Shown here piece after piece: positions 30,773 through 44,117 of a stretch of 64,000 nt of DNA. The notes beneath the pieces were generated by a model. The model was not told the origin of the DNA. It ran no database searches and was given only the letters and a program-made list of their open reading frames with translations. Position 1 is the stretch's first letter. Every line of letters starts with the position of its first letter. Made by a program: the position numbers and the translations under genes. The stretch covers positions 14,620-78,619 of the forward strand of contig JAFAEX010000098.1 in the NCBI GenBank assembly GCA_023423795.1, written 5' to 3'. Source of the stretch: Chloroflexota bacterium. Its GTDB lineage: Bacteria; Chloroflexota; Chloroflexia; Thermomicrobiales; UBA6265.

Positions 30773-33700
30773 CTGGCGCTCCGGGCGGCGGGTCGGCGCG
30801 GCGCACGGCGCAGGCGAACGACTTGGCCTCGTGGATCAACGAGTTGGGGTCCTCGACGAGCGCGCTCAGGTCGTTGGCGATCGCGCCGGTGGCGATGCCG
30901 CCATAGCCGAAATGCCACGGCATGCCGACTTGATGAACAGTGCGGCCGCCGACGGCGAGCGGGGAGAGGCGTTCCGTCACCAGCGCGCGGGTTTGGATCG
31001 CTCCGCGCGCCGTGGCGATCTCCACCCAGCCACCGTTCTCGACGCCGATGGACGCGGCGAGCGCGGGGTCGATCTCGGCGAACCCCTGCGGCTGCAACTC
31101 GGCGAGCCACGGCACGAAGCGGGTCATGCCGCCGGCCGTGTGGTGCTCGGTGAGGCGGTAGGTCGTCAGGACATGCGGGAAGGCCGGGTCACCGACCGGC
31201 TGATAGGGATTCTCCGGGTGATGCAGCGTGCGCGCGGCCGGGTTGCGCGGCTGCCCGGGGTAGATCGCGTTGGCGACCGGGGATTCCCACGGCTCGTAAT
31301 GGGCCGGCAGCGGGCCATCGCGGAGGGCGCTCGCGGCGTAAAGTTGGCCGCGTCCGTCGGCCAGCATCAGGAACGGGGCATCGCCGGCGTGGGCCGCCAT
31401 GCCTGCCGCGCCCGGTTCGGGGCGGTAATCCGGGTGCCTGTCGTAGGGGAAGTCGGGCACGTCCTCGCCAACCCAGCGGCCCGCGTCCTCGTCCCACCAT
31501 ACCCACGCCTTGCGTTCCGACCACGGGTTGCCGTCCGGCCGGGCGGCGGCGCGGTTGTAGAGGATGCGCCGGTTCGCCGGCCAGGCGTAGCCCCAGCCCA
31601 GGGCGGCGCGCCCGTGCGGATCGCGTTCGCGGGCGCGGTTGCGCCCCGGTTCGGGCATGATGCCGGAGTAGATCCAGCAGCCGCACGCGGTCGATCCGTC
31701 GGCGCGCAGTTCCCCGTAGCCGACCACGGGCCAACGGTCGGCAACGCGGTAGCCGTTGATCTCGGCGACCACGACCTCGAGGTCCGGTTCGCCCTGTTCG
31801 TCGGCCGGGTAGTCCCAGGCGAGCGCCCGGAACTGCCGCGCCTGCGGGGTGTCTTCGCCCTCGTAGAGCGCGGCGAGGCGGCGCCAGAGGTCGTGGATGA
31901 ACCACGCTTCGGACCGGGAAGCGCCTGGCGGCGGCACAGCGCGGTCGTGCCACTGCACGAGGCGCTGGGTGTTGGTGAAGGAGCCGTCCTTTTCGGCCGA
32001 GAGGGCGGCGGGCATCAGGAAGACTTCGGTGGCGATCGCCTCCGGGTCCAGCGAGCCGTCAGCGACTTCCGGCGAGTCCTTCCAGAACGAGGCGGATTCG
32101 ATCTCGAACGGGTCGCGAACCACGAGCCAGTCGAGGTCGGCCAGCGCCCGCCGCGCCAACCCGGCGTTCTGGCCGCCGACCGCCGGGTTCTGGCCCATGC
32201 AGAAGAGGCCGCGTAGGGTGCTGTCGCGCATCATCAGGGTCATGTTCTGGAACGAATAGTCGCCGGCGATGCGCGGCATCCAGCCGTACCCGAAGTCGTT
32301 CTCCGGCTGGGCGTTGTCGCCGTAGAACGCCTTGAGCAGGCTGACGACGTAGTCCGGCGCGTGGGACCACCAGCCGGTCGGCGTCGTTACGTCGTCGATG
32401 TAGTCGGCTAGCGTCTCGTGCGGCCGATTCGCGGAGGGCATCGGCAGGTAGCCCGGCAGCAGATTGAAGAGCGTCGGGATGTCGGTGCTGCCCTGAATCG
32501 TGGCATGGCCGCGCAGGGCCATGATGCCGCCGCCGGGCCGCCCGATGTTGCCGAGCAGCAGTTGCAGGATCGCGCAGCAGGCGATCATTTGCGTGCCGGT
32601 GGTGTGCTGGGTCCAGGCGACGGAGTAGCAGAACGAGGTCGTGCGCTCCGGCGTCGAGTTGCGGCAGATCGCGTCGGCAACGGCGAGGAACTTCTCGGCC
32701 GGGACGCCGCAGACCTCGGCCACCATCTCCGGCGTGTAGCGGGCGAAGTGGCGGCGCAGCACCTGGAATACGCAGTTTGGGTGGGTGAGGGTCCGGTCTT
32801 CGTGAGTCGTCGCCTGCCCCGCGCGCGCGTCGTAACCCTCGGCGTCGGTGGCTTCGTCGTGCTCGTGGATGCCGTCGCCGGACGTTGCGCCGGCGAACGC
32901 CCAACTCTCGGTGTCGTAGGTTCCATCCTCCGGTCGGTAGCCGGAGAAGAGGCCGCCGAGGTCTTCGGTGTCGCGGAAGGCGTCGCCGACGATGGTGCAG
33001 GCATTGGTGAAGTGGCGGACGTATTCCTCGTTGTACTTCCGTTCCTCGATAGCGTAACGGATCAGGCCGCCGAGGAATGCGATGTCGCTGCCGGCCCGCA
33101 GCGGGACGTGCTGGTCGGCCAGCGCCGAGGTCCGGGTGTAGCGCGGATCGACGTGGATCACGGTCGCGCCGCGCTCGCGGGCCTGCACGACGAAGCGGAA
33201 CCCGACCGGATGGTTCTCGGCCATGTTGGCGCCCATGATGACGACGCAGTCACTCTCGGCGAGGTTCTGCAGGAACGTCGTCGCGCCGCCCCGTCCCAGC
33301 CTGGCGCCCAGACCGGGCACCGTGGAGGAGTGTCATATCCGGGCCTGGTTCTCGATGGCGACGATGCCGAGGCCGGCGGAGAAGAGTTTCTTGATCAGGT
33401 AGTTCTCTTCGTTGTCGAGCGTCGCGCCGCCGAGGTGGCCGATCGCCAGCGTCCGGTTGGCCGGGCGGCCCTCGTCGTCGCGTTCGGTCCAGGTATCGTC
33501 GCGGGTCTGCTTGACGAGGTGGGCAATCCGGTCCATCGCCCAGTCGAGGGACCGCGTTTCCCATTGCATGGCGAAGGGAGGCCGGTAGTGAACCTCGGTG
33601 ACGCGTAGCGGGCTCGAGATCAACCCGCGGGTGGCGGCGCCCTTCGGGCAGAGCGTACCGGCGTTGATCGGGCTGTCCGGATTGCCCTCGATGTCGATGA

Positions 33701-33878
33701 TCTCGCCGTTGCGGTGGTAGACGAGCTGCGAGCACCCGACGGCGCAGTACGGGCAGACGCTGGTGGTGACTTCCACCCCGATTTCCGAAATGCGCGGCGC
33801 GATGGCAGCCGTCTTCGCGCTGGGCGGGTTGGGCAGCATCCCTACGTGGCGGCGCAGCAACTTGAGGGGAGTGGGCAT
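30765..33878 (-). CDS. fdhA: Selenocysteine-containing formate dehydrogenase alpha subunit (Mo/W-bisPGD); TGA at 33333-33335 read as Sec
   Basis: Track ORFs 33333-33878 and 30765-33320 are in the same frame and separated only by TGA. Context: IENQARI-U-HSSTVPGLGARLGRGG matches the FDH active-site pattern (ARV-U-HGP(T/S)VA). N-terminal Fe-S motif CPYCAVGCS. A SECIS-like hairpin follows the TGA. Confidence 0.88.
33304..33320 (-). promoter_or_regulatory. SECIS-like hairpin downstream of the in-frame UGA
   Basis: mRNA GUGCCC-GGUCU-GGGCGC, a 6-bp stem with one G-U pair. The GGUCU loop begins 18 nt after UGA, the same loop sequence and spacing as I recall for the E. coli fdhF SECIS (GGUUGCAGGUCUGCACC). 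Confidence 0.7.
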
Positions 33879-33916
33879 CGGGGACCTCGCGTCGAGGGTT
33901 CGCGTCCGGAGCCGTC

Positions 33917-33945
33917 ACTATCGGCCGGACGGCGATATCCGGCAA
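33917..33945 (-). promoter_or_regulatory. Putative promoter of the FDH operon (TTGCCG-N17-GATAGT)
   Basis: Minus-strand hexamers at 33945-33940 and 33922-33917, in the 71-bp gap after mutY. GAGG lies 5 nt before the ATG at 33878. Confidence 0.4.
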
Positions 33946-33949
33946 CCGG

Positions 33950-34966
33950 TCAATCCGGGAGCGCCACCCGCAGCGTGCCGGGATCGGTCGCATCGTACCC
34001 CGGCGCGTCCTCGCGGACGGCGAGCAGGCCGTCGCGGGCCAGCCCGCCGACGACGCCGCGCAGCCATTCGAGGTCCTCGTCCACGAACCCCTCGCGCACG
34101 CGCACACCGAGCGAGCGGAGGTCCAGCCCGTCGTCGGGGTTTCCGGTTTCGCGCAGGGCATCCACCACGCGGGCACGGTACCAGCGGTTGCTGCCTTCGA
34201 AAACGCCCTCGTTCTTCTTGCGGGCGCCCTTCGGCGTCGTCGCGATCGCGCCGAGGATGGCGGGGAAGGCGCGGCACTCCCGCTGGAGCGGGCAGACGAC
34301 ACAGGCCGGTTTGCGGGCGGTGCAAAGCAGCGCGCCGAACTCGATCAGCGCCTGGTTCCACGCCCATCCCTGCCCGGGCGGCACGGCCTCGTCGGCGATC
34401 GCGATGATCTCGCGGTCCGTGGCCGTGGGCGCGGGCATGTCCGGCCCGAAGAAGAGCCGGTGCAGGACGCGGCGCATGTTCGTGTCGATGAACGGCACGT
34501 CCTGCTCGAAGGCGAAGCAGGCGACCGCTCCGGCGGTGTACGGGCCAATGCCGGGCAGCGTCCGCAGCGTCGCCGGGTCGCGCGGCCACACCCCGCCGTG
34601 CTCTTCGACGACGGCGCGTGCCGTCCGCTGCAGGTTGACCGCGCGCCGGTTGTAGCCGAGGCCCTTCCAGAGGCGGATCACCTCGCCGGTCGGCGCGTCG
34701 GCGAGCGCCTCGGCGGTCGGGAACCGTTCGAGGAAGGCTTCGTAGTAGGGGATGACGCGATCGACCTGGGTCTGTTGCAGCATCACCTCGGAAACGAGGA
34801 TGCGGTACGGGTCGCGGGTGCGCCGCCACGGCAGGTCGCGGCCGTTCTGTTCGAACCAGTGCAGGAGGTGGCCCCGCACCGCGTCGATGCGTTCGGCGTC
34901 GGTGAGCGAACCGGAACCTGCCGACCGGGGCGGCTCGGGGCTTGGCTGCGCCATTGCATCTGTCAC
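33950..34966 (-). CDS. mutY: A/G-specific adenine DNA glycosylase
   Basis: Motifs: DLPWRRTRDPYRILVSEVMLQQTQV...LGYNRRA...LPGIGPYTAGAV and the Fe-S cluster C..(6)..C..C..(5)..C (CTARKPACVVCPLQREC). Confidence 0.9.
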   Translation of the reverse strand: MTDAMAQPSPEPPRSAGSGSLTDAERIDAVRGHLLHWFEQNGRDLPWRRTRDPYRILVSEVMLQQTQVDRVIPYYEAFLERFPTAEALADAPTGEVIRLWKGLGYNRRAVNLQRTARAVVEEHGGVWPRDPATLRTLPGIGPYTAGAVACFAFEQDVPFIDTNMRRVLHRLFFGPDMPAPTATDREIIAIADEAVPPGQGWAWNQALIEFGALLCTARKPACVVCPLQRECRAFPAILGAIATTPKGARKKNEGVFEGSNRWYRARVVDALRETGNPDDGLDLRSLGVRVREGFVDEDLEWLRGVVGGLARDGLLAVREDAPGYDATDPGTLRVALPD

Positions 34967-35612
34967 GACGATGGCGCCGCCGCCGCCGCTTCGGTTCCCG
35001 TCCGATGGCGGCGCTGGAAGGCGGCAAAAGCCTCGCGGACCTGCCGTTCGGTGGAAGCGATCGGGCCGCCGTTGTCGATCACGACGTTGGCGCGGGCGAT
35101 CTTGTCGGCTGGCGGCGCCTGGGCGTCGATGCGGCGCTCGGCCTCATCGCGGGGGAAGCCGTTGCGCCGCATCAGGCGCTCGACCTGGATCTCGCGCGGG
35201 CAGGCCACCACCCACGTTTCGTCGCAGGCGTCGCCGAGCCCGCTCTCGAACAACTTCACGGCGTCGATGGCGACAACCGGGGCGGACGAGCGGGCGGCGC
35301 GGCGCAGGACCTCCGGCGCGACGACCGGGCGGATGAGGTCGTCGAGTTTGGCCAGCGCCGCCGGGTCGGAGAAGACGATTGCGGCGAGGGCGCGCCGGTT
35401 CAGCCCGCCGTCCGGCAGGACCATCGCCTCGCCGAAGGTCCGGGCTATGTCCCCGAGCAGCGGCATGCCGGGCTGCACGAGGTCGCGGTAGACGAGGTCG
35501 GCGTCGATGACCTCCGCGCCCAGCGCCGCCAGCATCCCCGTCACGGTGCTCTTGCCGCAGGCGACGTTGCCGGTGATGCCGAGCAGCAACGGCCGCGCCG
35601 ATTCAGGGTCGC

Positions 35613-35616
<4 letters not shown>
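34963..35616 (-). CDS. coaE: Dephospho-CoA kinase
   Basis: P-loop [15 protein letters not shown] followed by VIDADLV. It has 4-nt overlaps with both neighbours. Confidence 0.88.
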
Positions 35617-37562
<1,946 letters not shown>

Positions 37563-37691
37563 CGGTGTCGGGTTCTCCCGGTTGGCCGCGCCGTCCCCCG
37601 CGGGAACGGACCGGACGGGGCCAGCGAAGAGTATAGACTCCCCGGGAACGCGGCATTTCCGGCCGGCGGCGGACGGTCCTCGCCGGCGTTT

Positions 37692-37720
37692 TTGTCGGGG
37701 CGGCAATGTGTACGTACACT
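37692..37720 (+). promoter_or_regulatory. Putative lysA promoter (TTGTCG-N17-TACACT) overlapped by palindrome GTGTACGTACAC
   Basis: TTGTCG at 37692-37697 and TACACT at 37715-37720. A perfect 12-bp palindrome at 37708-37719 covers the -10. Confidence 0.45.
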
Positions 37721-37767
37721 TGCGCCCTACGCGGCGGGTTCCCCGCAGGATCGCCGGAGCAGCTTCC

Positions 37768-39084
37768 ATGTCCTGGCCCATCACCACATCCCGGCTGCCC
37801 GACGGGCGGCTCGTCATCGGCGGCGTGACGGCGGACGACCTCGTCGCCGAATTCGGCACGCCGCTCTACGTCTTCGACGAGGCGACGCTGCGAGCCCGGG
37901 CGCGACTGTTCCGCGAGACGTTCGCGGCCGCGTGGCCGCGCTCGCGGGTTGTGTACGCGGCGAAGGCCTACATCGCGCCGGCGATCGGGGCGATCCTCGC
38001 CGACGAGGGAATCGGGTTGGACGTCGCCTCCGGCGGGGAGTTGTACGCCGGGCGGGTGTCGGGCATCCCGCCCGCGCACATGACCTTCCACGGCAACAAC
38101 AAGAGCGAGGCCGAACTGCGGGAAGCGCTGGAGGCCGGGATCGGGCTGATCGCGGTGGACAACGACCACGAGATCGGCCTCCTGCGCCAGATGGCCGCCG
38201 AGGGGTTGGGTCCGGTTCCGGTGATCCTGCGGCTCAACCCCGGGCTTGCGCCGCACACCCACGCCAAAATGAAGACCGGGGCGCTCGATTCGAAGTTCGG
38301 CTTCCCCATCGAGACCGGCGCGGCGATGGCTGCGGTCGCGGCGGTGGTCGAGGCCGGGTTCGACCTGCGCGGCTACCACGCCCATGTCGGTTCGCAGATC
38401 TTCGACCCGCTGCTGGTGCGGGAAACCATCGGCGAACTGCTGTCGTTCGCGGCCCAGGTGCGCGACCGGTTCGGCATCGCGACGGCGACGATCGTGCCCG
38501 GCGGCGGGTTCGGCGTGTCCGACGACGCATCCGGGGAGGACGTCTCGGTCCGCGAGTGGGCCGAAGCGGCGGCGGCGGCGCTGCGGGAGAACTGCGGCCG
38601 GTTCGGCTTGCCGGAACCGGAACTCGTGGTCGAACCGGGCCGGGCGATCGTCGGGCCGGCCGGGGTCGCGCTCTACCGGATCGGCGCGCGCAAGGAGATC
38701 CCGGGCGTCCGCACCTACGTGTCGGTGGACGGCGGCATGTCGGACAACATCCGTCCGAGCCTGTACGGGGCGCGGTACTCGGCGGCCCTGGCCAACCGCG
38801 CGGAGGACGGGCCGCGGGAGACGGTGACGATCTCCGGAAAATACTGCGAATCGGGCGACGTGTTGATCGACGGCATCGAGTTGCCGGTGCTGCGGGCCGA
38901 CGACCTGCTGGCGGTGCCGATGGCCGGCGCCTACTGCATGTCGATGGCGAGCAACTACAACCTCGCGCCGCGGCCGGCGGCGGTGATGGTGCTGGACGGA
39001 AGCGCCCGGCTCTTCCGGCGGCGGGAAACATACGCCGACATGCTCGCGTCGGAGATCGTGCCGGACATCGTGGCCCAACGCTGA
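37768..39084 (+). CDS. lysA: Diaminopimelate decarboxylase
   Basis: Trimmed to ATG 37768 ([10 protein letters not shown]). Motifs: TPLYVFDE...YAAKA (PLP Lys)...HVGSQI...EPGRAIVG...CESGD...[12 protein letters not shown]. Confidence 0.92.
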   Translation: MSWPITTSRLPDGRLVIGGVTADDLVAEFGTPLYVFDEATLRARARLFRETFAAAWPRSRVVYAAKAYIAPAIGAILADEGIGLDVASGGELYAGRVSGIPPAHMTFHGNNKSEAELREALEAGIGLIAVDNDHEIGLLRQMAAEGLGPVPVILRLNPGLAPHTHAKMKTGALDSKFGFPIETGAAMAAVAAVVEAGFDLRGYHAHVGSQIFDPLLVRETIGELLSFAAQVRDRFGIATATIVPGGGFGVSDDASGEDVSVREWAEAAAAALRENCGRFGLPEPELVVEPGRAIVGPAGVALYRIGARKEIPGVRTYVSVDGGMSDNIRPSLYGARYSAALANRAEDGPRETVTISGKYCESGDVLIDGIELPVLRADDLLAVPMAGAYCMSMASNYNLAPRPAAVMVLDGSARLFRRRETYADMLASEIVPDIVAQR

Positions 39085-39266
39085 GTCGTGACACGCCTTG
39101 CGGCTGTGGGCGGATAGGGTGTAGCGTACCGCGACGTTGCCAAAGTCGAAAGGACAGCCGGCGGCAACGATGCTGCCCCAGCGCCCGCCCGCGACCGGTG
39201 GGCGCCGATCGCGAACCGGCGTCACCGACGCCACGGCAACCGAGAAGCCGTTTCAAGGGGTCGCCC

Positions 39267-40889
39267 ATGTCCAGGTCGGAAAAGCCGCAGCCCGGGAACG
39301 CGACCAGTAGTGTCGCGGCGGGGCCGGCGGCGAGCCGAAACGGGAACGCGGAGGTCGCCAGCGCGGCCAGGACGTCCCGTCGCGGCGACGGCGAGGCAGA
39401 CGAGTTCGACGCCGTGACGATTGGCGACGCCGTGCCGAGCGATGCCACCAGCGACGATGAGGGCGTGGACGAGCGTGCGCCGCTGGCCCTCGACGACATC
39501 GACGCCCTCGCGATCGCGGATGCGGCGCCGCTGGCGGAGCCGCTGGCCGAGGCGGCCGCGGGCGCCCTCGCTGCCCTGGAAGAAGAAGAGGAGCCGGCGT
39601 TCGACCTGCCGACGACAAACTACGACATCGGCAGCGCCAGCCTCGACGACCCGGTGCGGATGTACCTGCGCGAGATCGGGCGGGTGCCGCTGCTGACCGG
39701 CGGCAAGGAAGTGGAACTCGCCCGCCGGATGGAGCGGGGCGAGTACCTGTCGGTCAAGCAGGCGTCGCTGCGGGACGATTTTGGCGAAGCGCCGGGCGCG
39801 GACGTCCTGGGCCGGGCGATCTACCACGCGTTCCACGCCGGCTGGATCCACGTCGCCGAACTGGTGCGGGAGATCAGCCCGGAGGAAGAACTGCCGCCGA
39901 AATCCGTCTGCCTGAACCGCGCCTTGCCGCTGACGCAGGTGCCGGACGCGGCGGTGGCCTCCGTGTGCGAGCGACTGGAACTTTCGCCCGACGAACTGGA
40001 GGAGTCGCTGCGGCTGCGCCGGGTCGAGTGGGACCTGCTGCCGTCGGCGATTCAGCTCATGGTCCGCGACACCGAAGTATGGCCTGACGACGCCGAGGTC
40101 GATCGCGTGTTTCGGGAACAGGCGGACCGCTTGCGCCGCCGCTGGGACGCCGAAATCGAGCGCGGGCGGCAGGCCAAGGTGGCGTTGACCGAAGCGAACC
40201 TGCGATTGGTCGTCTCGGTCGCCAAGAAGTACGTCGGCCGCGGCATGTCGATGTTGGACCTGATCCAGGAAGGCAACCTCGGGCTGATCCGCGCGGTCGA
40301 GAAATTCCAGTATCACAAGGGCTTCAAGTTCTCGACCTACGCGACGTGGTGGATTCGGCAGGCGATCACCCGCGCCATCGCCGACCAGGCGCGGACGATC
40401 CGCATCCCCGTCCACATGGTCGAGACGATCAACCGCCTGATCCGCACGTCGCGCCGGTTACAGCAGGAACTCGGCCGCGAACCGACCTCGGAAGAGATCG
40501 GTCGCGAGATGCAGATGGAGCCGGAGCGGGTGCGCGAGATCCTCAAGATTTCGCAGGAGCCGGTCTCCATCAACATGCCGATCGGCGAGGAAGAGGACAG
40601 CAGCCTCGGGGACTTCATCGAGGACCACAAGATGCTGGCCCCGGCCGACGCTGCCTCCCGCCAGATGCTGCGCGAGCAAATGGAGGACGTGCTGGGCACG
40701 CTCTCCGACCGCGAGCGGCAAGTCCTGCTGATGCGCTTCGGGCTGGAGGACGGCCGGAGCCGGACTCTGGAAGAGGTCGGCAAGGCGTTCGGCGTCACCC
40801 GCGAACGCATCCGCCAGATCGAGGCAAAGGCGTTGCGAAAACTCCGCCACCCGAGCCGCTCCAAGAAGCTGAAGGATTACCTCGATTAG
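39267..40889 (+). CDS. rpoD: Primary RNA polymerase sigma factor (sigma-70/SigA)
   Basis: This is the tail of a chimeric 1610-aa track ORF, starting at ATG 39267. Motifs: [11 protein letters not shown] (1.2), [47 protein letters not shown] (2.x), and region 4 [31 protein letters not shown]. Confidence 0.93.
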   Translation: MSRSEKPQPGNATSSVAAGPAASRNGNAEVASAARTSRRGDGEADEFDAVTIGDAVPSDATSDDEGVDERAPLALDDIDALAIADAAPLAEPLAEAAAGALAALEEEEEPAFDLPTTNYDIGSASLDDPVRMYLREIGRVPLLTGGKEVELARRMERGEYLSVKQASLRDDFGEAPGADVLGRAIYHAFHAGWIHVAELVREISPEEELPPKSVCLNRALPLTQVPDAAVASVCERLELSPDELEESLRLRRVEWDLLPSAIQLMVRDTEVWPDDAEVDRVFREQADRLRRRWDAEIERGRQAKVALTEANLRLVVSVAKKYVGRGMSMLDLIQEGNLGLIRAVEKFQYHKGFKFSTYATWWIRQAITRAIADQARTIRIPVHMVETINRLIRTSRRLQQELGREPTSEEIGREMQMEPERVREILKISQEPVSINMPIGEEEDSSLGDFIEDHKMLAPADAASRQMLREQMEDVLGTLSDRERQVLLMRFGLEDGRSRTLEEVGKAFGVTRERIRQIEAKALRKLRHPSRSKKLKDYLD

Positions 40890-40911
40890 GCGAGGATTCC
40901 CGGGCGCTCTC

Positions 40912-40975
40912 GTCATCCCGAGTGCGTCAGCACTGTCATCCCTCGACAAGCTCGGGATGACAGTGCTGACGCACT
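40912..40975. repeat. Rearranged REP-derived hairpin after rpoD (probable terminator)
   Basis: A 22-bp perfect stem AGTGCGTCAGCACTGTCATCCC (40921-40942) / GGGATGACAGTGCTGACGCACT (40954-40975). A truncated REP arm GTCATCCCGAG lies at 40912-40922, and a REP right arm CCCTCGACAAGCTCGGGATGAC is embedded. Confidence 0.85.
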
Positions 40976-41050
40976 TAGGACGTCGGGGGGGTCCAGGGCT
41001 GCCAATTTCCGCGGAAGGTTGAGCGGGCGGCGCTGCCTGTGGGAAAGTAG

Positions 41051-42424
<1,374 letters not shown>

Positions 42425-42566
42425 CCGGCGCCTCGTCTGCACTGAGTGGCCGGTGCGCGGTTTGGTGATTTCCGCGACCGGAACGGCTGCGATTGATGCC
42501 GTCACCCGGTGTATGTCGCGGGCACAGAACTGGAGAAGTTCGCCGACCGTTGTGCGAGCGATTCGA

Positions 42567-42701
42567 GCGTCGTCGCAGGGGAGGGACCCGTGCCCTTCCT
42601 CGTTCTCTACCCGTCCTCTTCGAAACCGGCGCGGAGTTGGCTATCCCGCATCGGCATGTTCCCGTCGAGGGAGGGCACGGGTCCCTCCCCTGCGACGACG
42701 C
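42567..42701. repeat. Long inverted repeat of a second family (36-nt arms, 63-nt spacer)
   Basis: GCGTCGTCGCAGGGGAGGGACCCGTGCCCTTCCTCG (42567-42602) against the complement of 42666-42701, with one mismatch. It lies in an intergenic gap between obg and plsC. Confidence 0.85.
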
Positions 42702-42738
42702 CACGGGCGGCGGACAATCGGCCACGTCGAGATCCGCG

Positions 42739-43374
42739 TCAGTCCCGGTACGAACCCGGCAGCAACTCGGCGATGGCGGCCATGATCCGCTCCGTCGCGT
42801 CCTGAGACGACAGGCGGGACGTGCCGGCGTCCGGCAGGATCACGCGCGGAGCCCCGAACCGGATGGTCGCGCCGGGACCGCCGGGCAGTTTGTCGGTGCC
42901 GGTGATTGCCGCCGGCAGGAGCGGCGCGCCGCTACGGAGCAGGATGAGCCCGGCGCCGGGCTGCCCGGGGCCGAGCCGCCCGGTGCGCGAGCGGGTGCCT
43001 TCCGGGAACATCGCGACCGCGTGCCCCTCGGCGAGGAGGGTCTCGGCGTAGCGGATGGCCGCGCGGTCGGCCTTGCCGCGATCGACCGGGAACGCGCCTG
43101 CCCAGCGGATGAGGCCGCCGAACGCCGCATTCCCGAACAATTCGCGCTTGGCCATGAAGTAGAGGACCCGCGGAAACGCCATCGCCAGCAGGATCGGATC
43201 GGCGTTGTGCAGGTGGTTCGCGGCGACCAGCACGGGGCCGGATGCCGGAACGTTCTCCAGCCCTTCGATGCGGAGGCGGACCAGGGGCTTGGCCAGCCCG
43301 ATCAAGCCGGCGCGAACGACGGTGCGCGGTCGGCCGCGAAGCGTCCCGTTCGTCAGGTCGCTCCGTTCGCTCAT
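42739..43374 (-). CDS. plsC: 1-acyl-sn-glycerol-3-phosphate acyltransferase
   Basis: Motifs: VAANHLHNADP (HX4D) and FPEGTRSRTG. Confidence 0.88.
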   Translation of the reverse strand: MSERSDLTNGTLRGRPRTVVRAGLIGLAKPLVRLRIEGLENVPASGPVLVAANHLHNADPILLAMAFPRVLYFMAKRELFGNAAFGGLIRWAGAFPVDRGKADRAAIRYAETLLAEGHAVAMFPEGTRSRTGRLGPGQPGAGLILLRSGAPLLPAAITGTDKLPGGPGATIRFGAPRVILPDAGTSRLSSQDATERIMAAIAELLPGSYRD

Positions 43375-44117
43375 GCCCGGTTGGTCAGCGCGCCGCGAGC
43401 ATCCGCCACCGCCGCCCAGCGCTCGCGGGCGGTGCTCTCGATGCTCGCGGCGACCTGCTCGATGGTGCGCCCGTCCGTGTTGACGCGCACGGCGTCGGCG
43501 GCCGCCCGCAGCGGGGCGGTGGCGCGCGAGGAATCCGACGCGTCACGCTTGCGGATGTCGGCGAGGACGGCGTCGAAATCCGGCTCCAGCCCGCGGCCGG
43601 CGAGTTCCTCGCAACGGCGGCGCGCCCGCTCCTCGGCCGAAGCGTCGAGGTAGATCTTGACGCCCGCGTCGGGCACGACGACGGTGCCGATGTCGCGGCC
43701 GACCATCACGACCGGGCCGCCTTCGGCGATGCGCCGCTGGTGGTCGAGCAGCGCCTCGCGCACGACCGGGTGCCCGGCGACGGGGGAGACGGCGCGATCG
43801 ACGGCGGGATCGCGGATCGCCCAGGTCACGTCTTCGCCGTCGAGGCGGACGTCGGCCAGCCTGCCGTCGGCGACCGAGGGCGGCAGCAGGTCGATGTCGA
43901 TGGACCGGGCGAGCGCGCCCAGAGCCGCCGCGTCGTCCGGCGCCACGCCGGCGCGCAGGGCGGCGAGCGTCAGCGCGCGGTACAGCGAGCCGGTATCGAA
44001 GAGCAGGGCAGGGAGGCGCTCGGCGAGCAGCCGCGCGACCGTCGATTTCCCTGCGGCGGCCGGGCCGTCGATGGCAACGACATGCAGGTGGCGGTGGGGC
44101 TGGCGGGGGTTAGTCAC
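43371..44117 (-). CDS. cmk: Cytidylate kinase
   Basis: Trimmed to GTG 44117. Motifs: VVAIDGPAAAGKSTVARLLA...FDTGSLYRA...VMVGRDIGTVV. Confidence 0.88.
   Translation of the reverse strand: MTNPRQPHRHLHVVAIDGPAAAGKSTVARLLAERLPALLFDTGSLYRALTLAALRAGVAPDDAAALGALARSIDIDLLPPSVADGRLADVRLDGEDVTWAIRDPAVDRAVSPVAGHPVVREALLDHQRRIAEGGPVVMVGRDIGTVVVPDAGVKIYLDASAEERARRRCEELAGRGLEPDFDAVLADIRKRDASDSSRATAPLRAAADAVRVNTDGRTIEQVAASIESTARERWAAVADARGALTNRA

Noticed and set aside
37563-37767. Lysine (L-box) riboswitch upstream of lysA
   Set aside because: The predicted promoter leaves only about a 45-nt leader, and no L-box conserved segments are visible.
42509-42805. 98-aa ORF spanning the 42567-42701 inverted repeat
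   Set aside because: It reads through both repeat arms and into the antisense of plsC. Only its first ~17 residues look protein-like, so at most it is a gene remnant.
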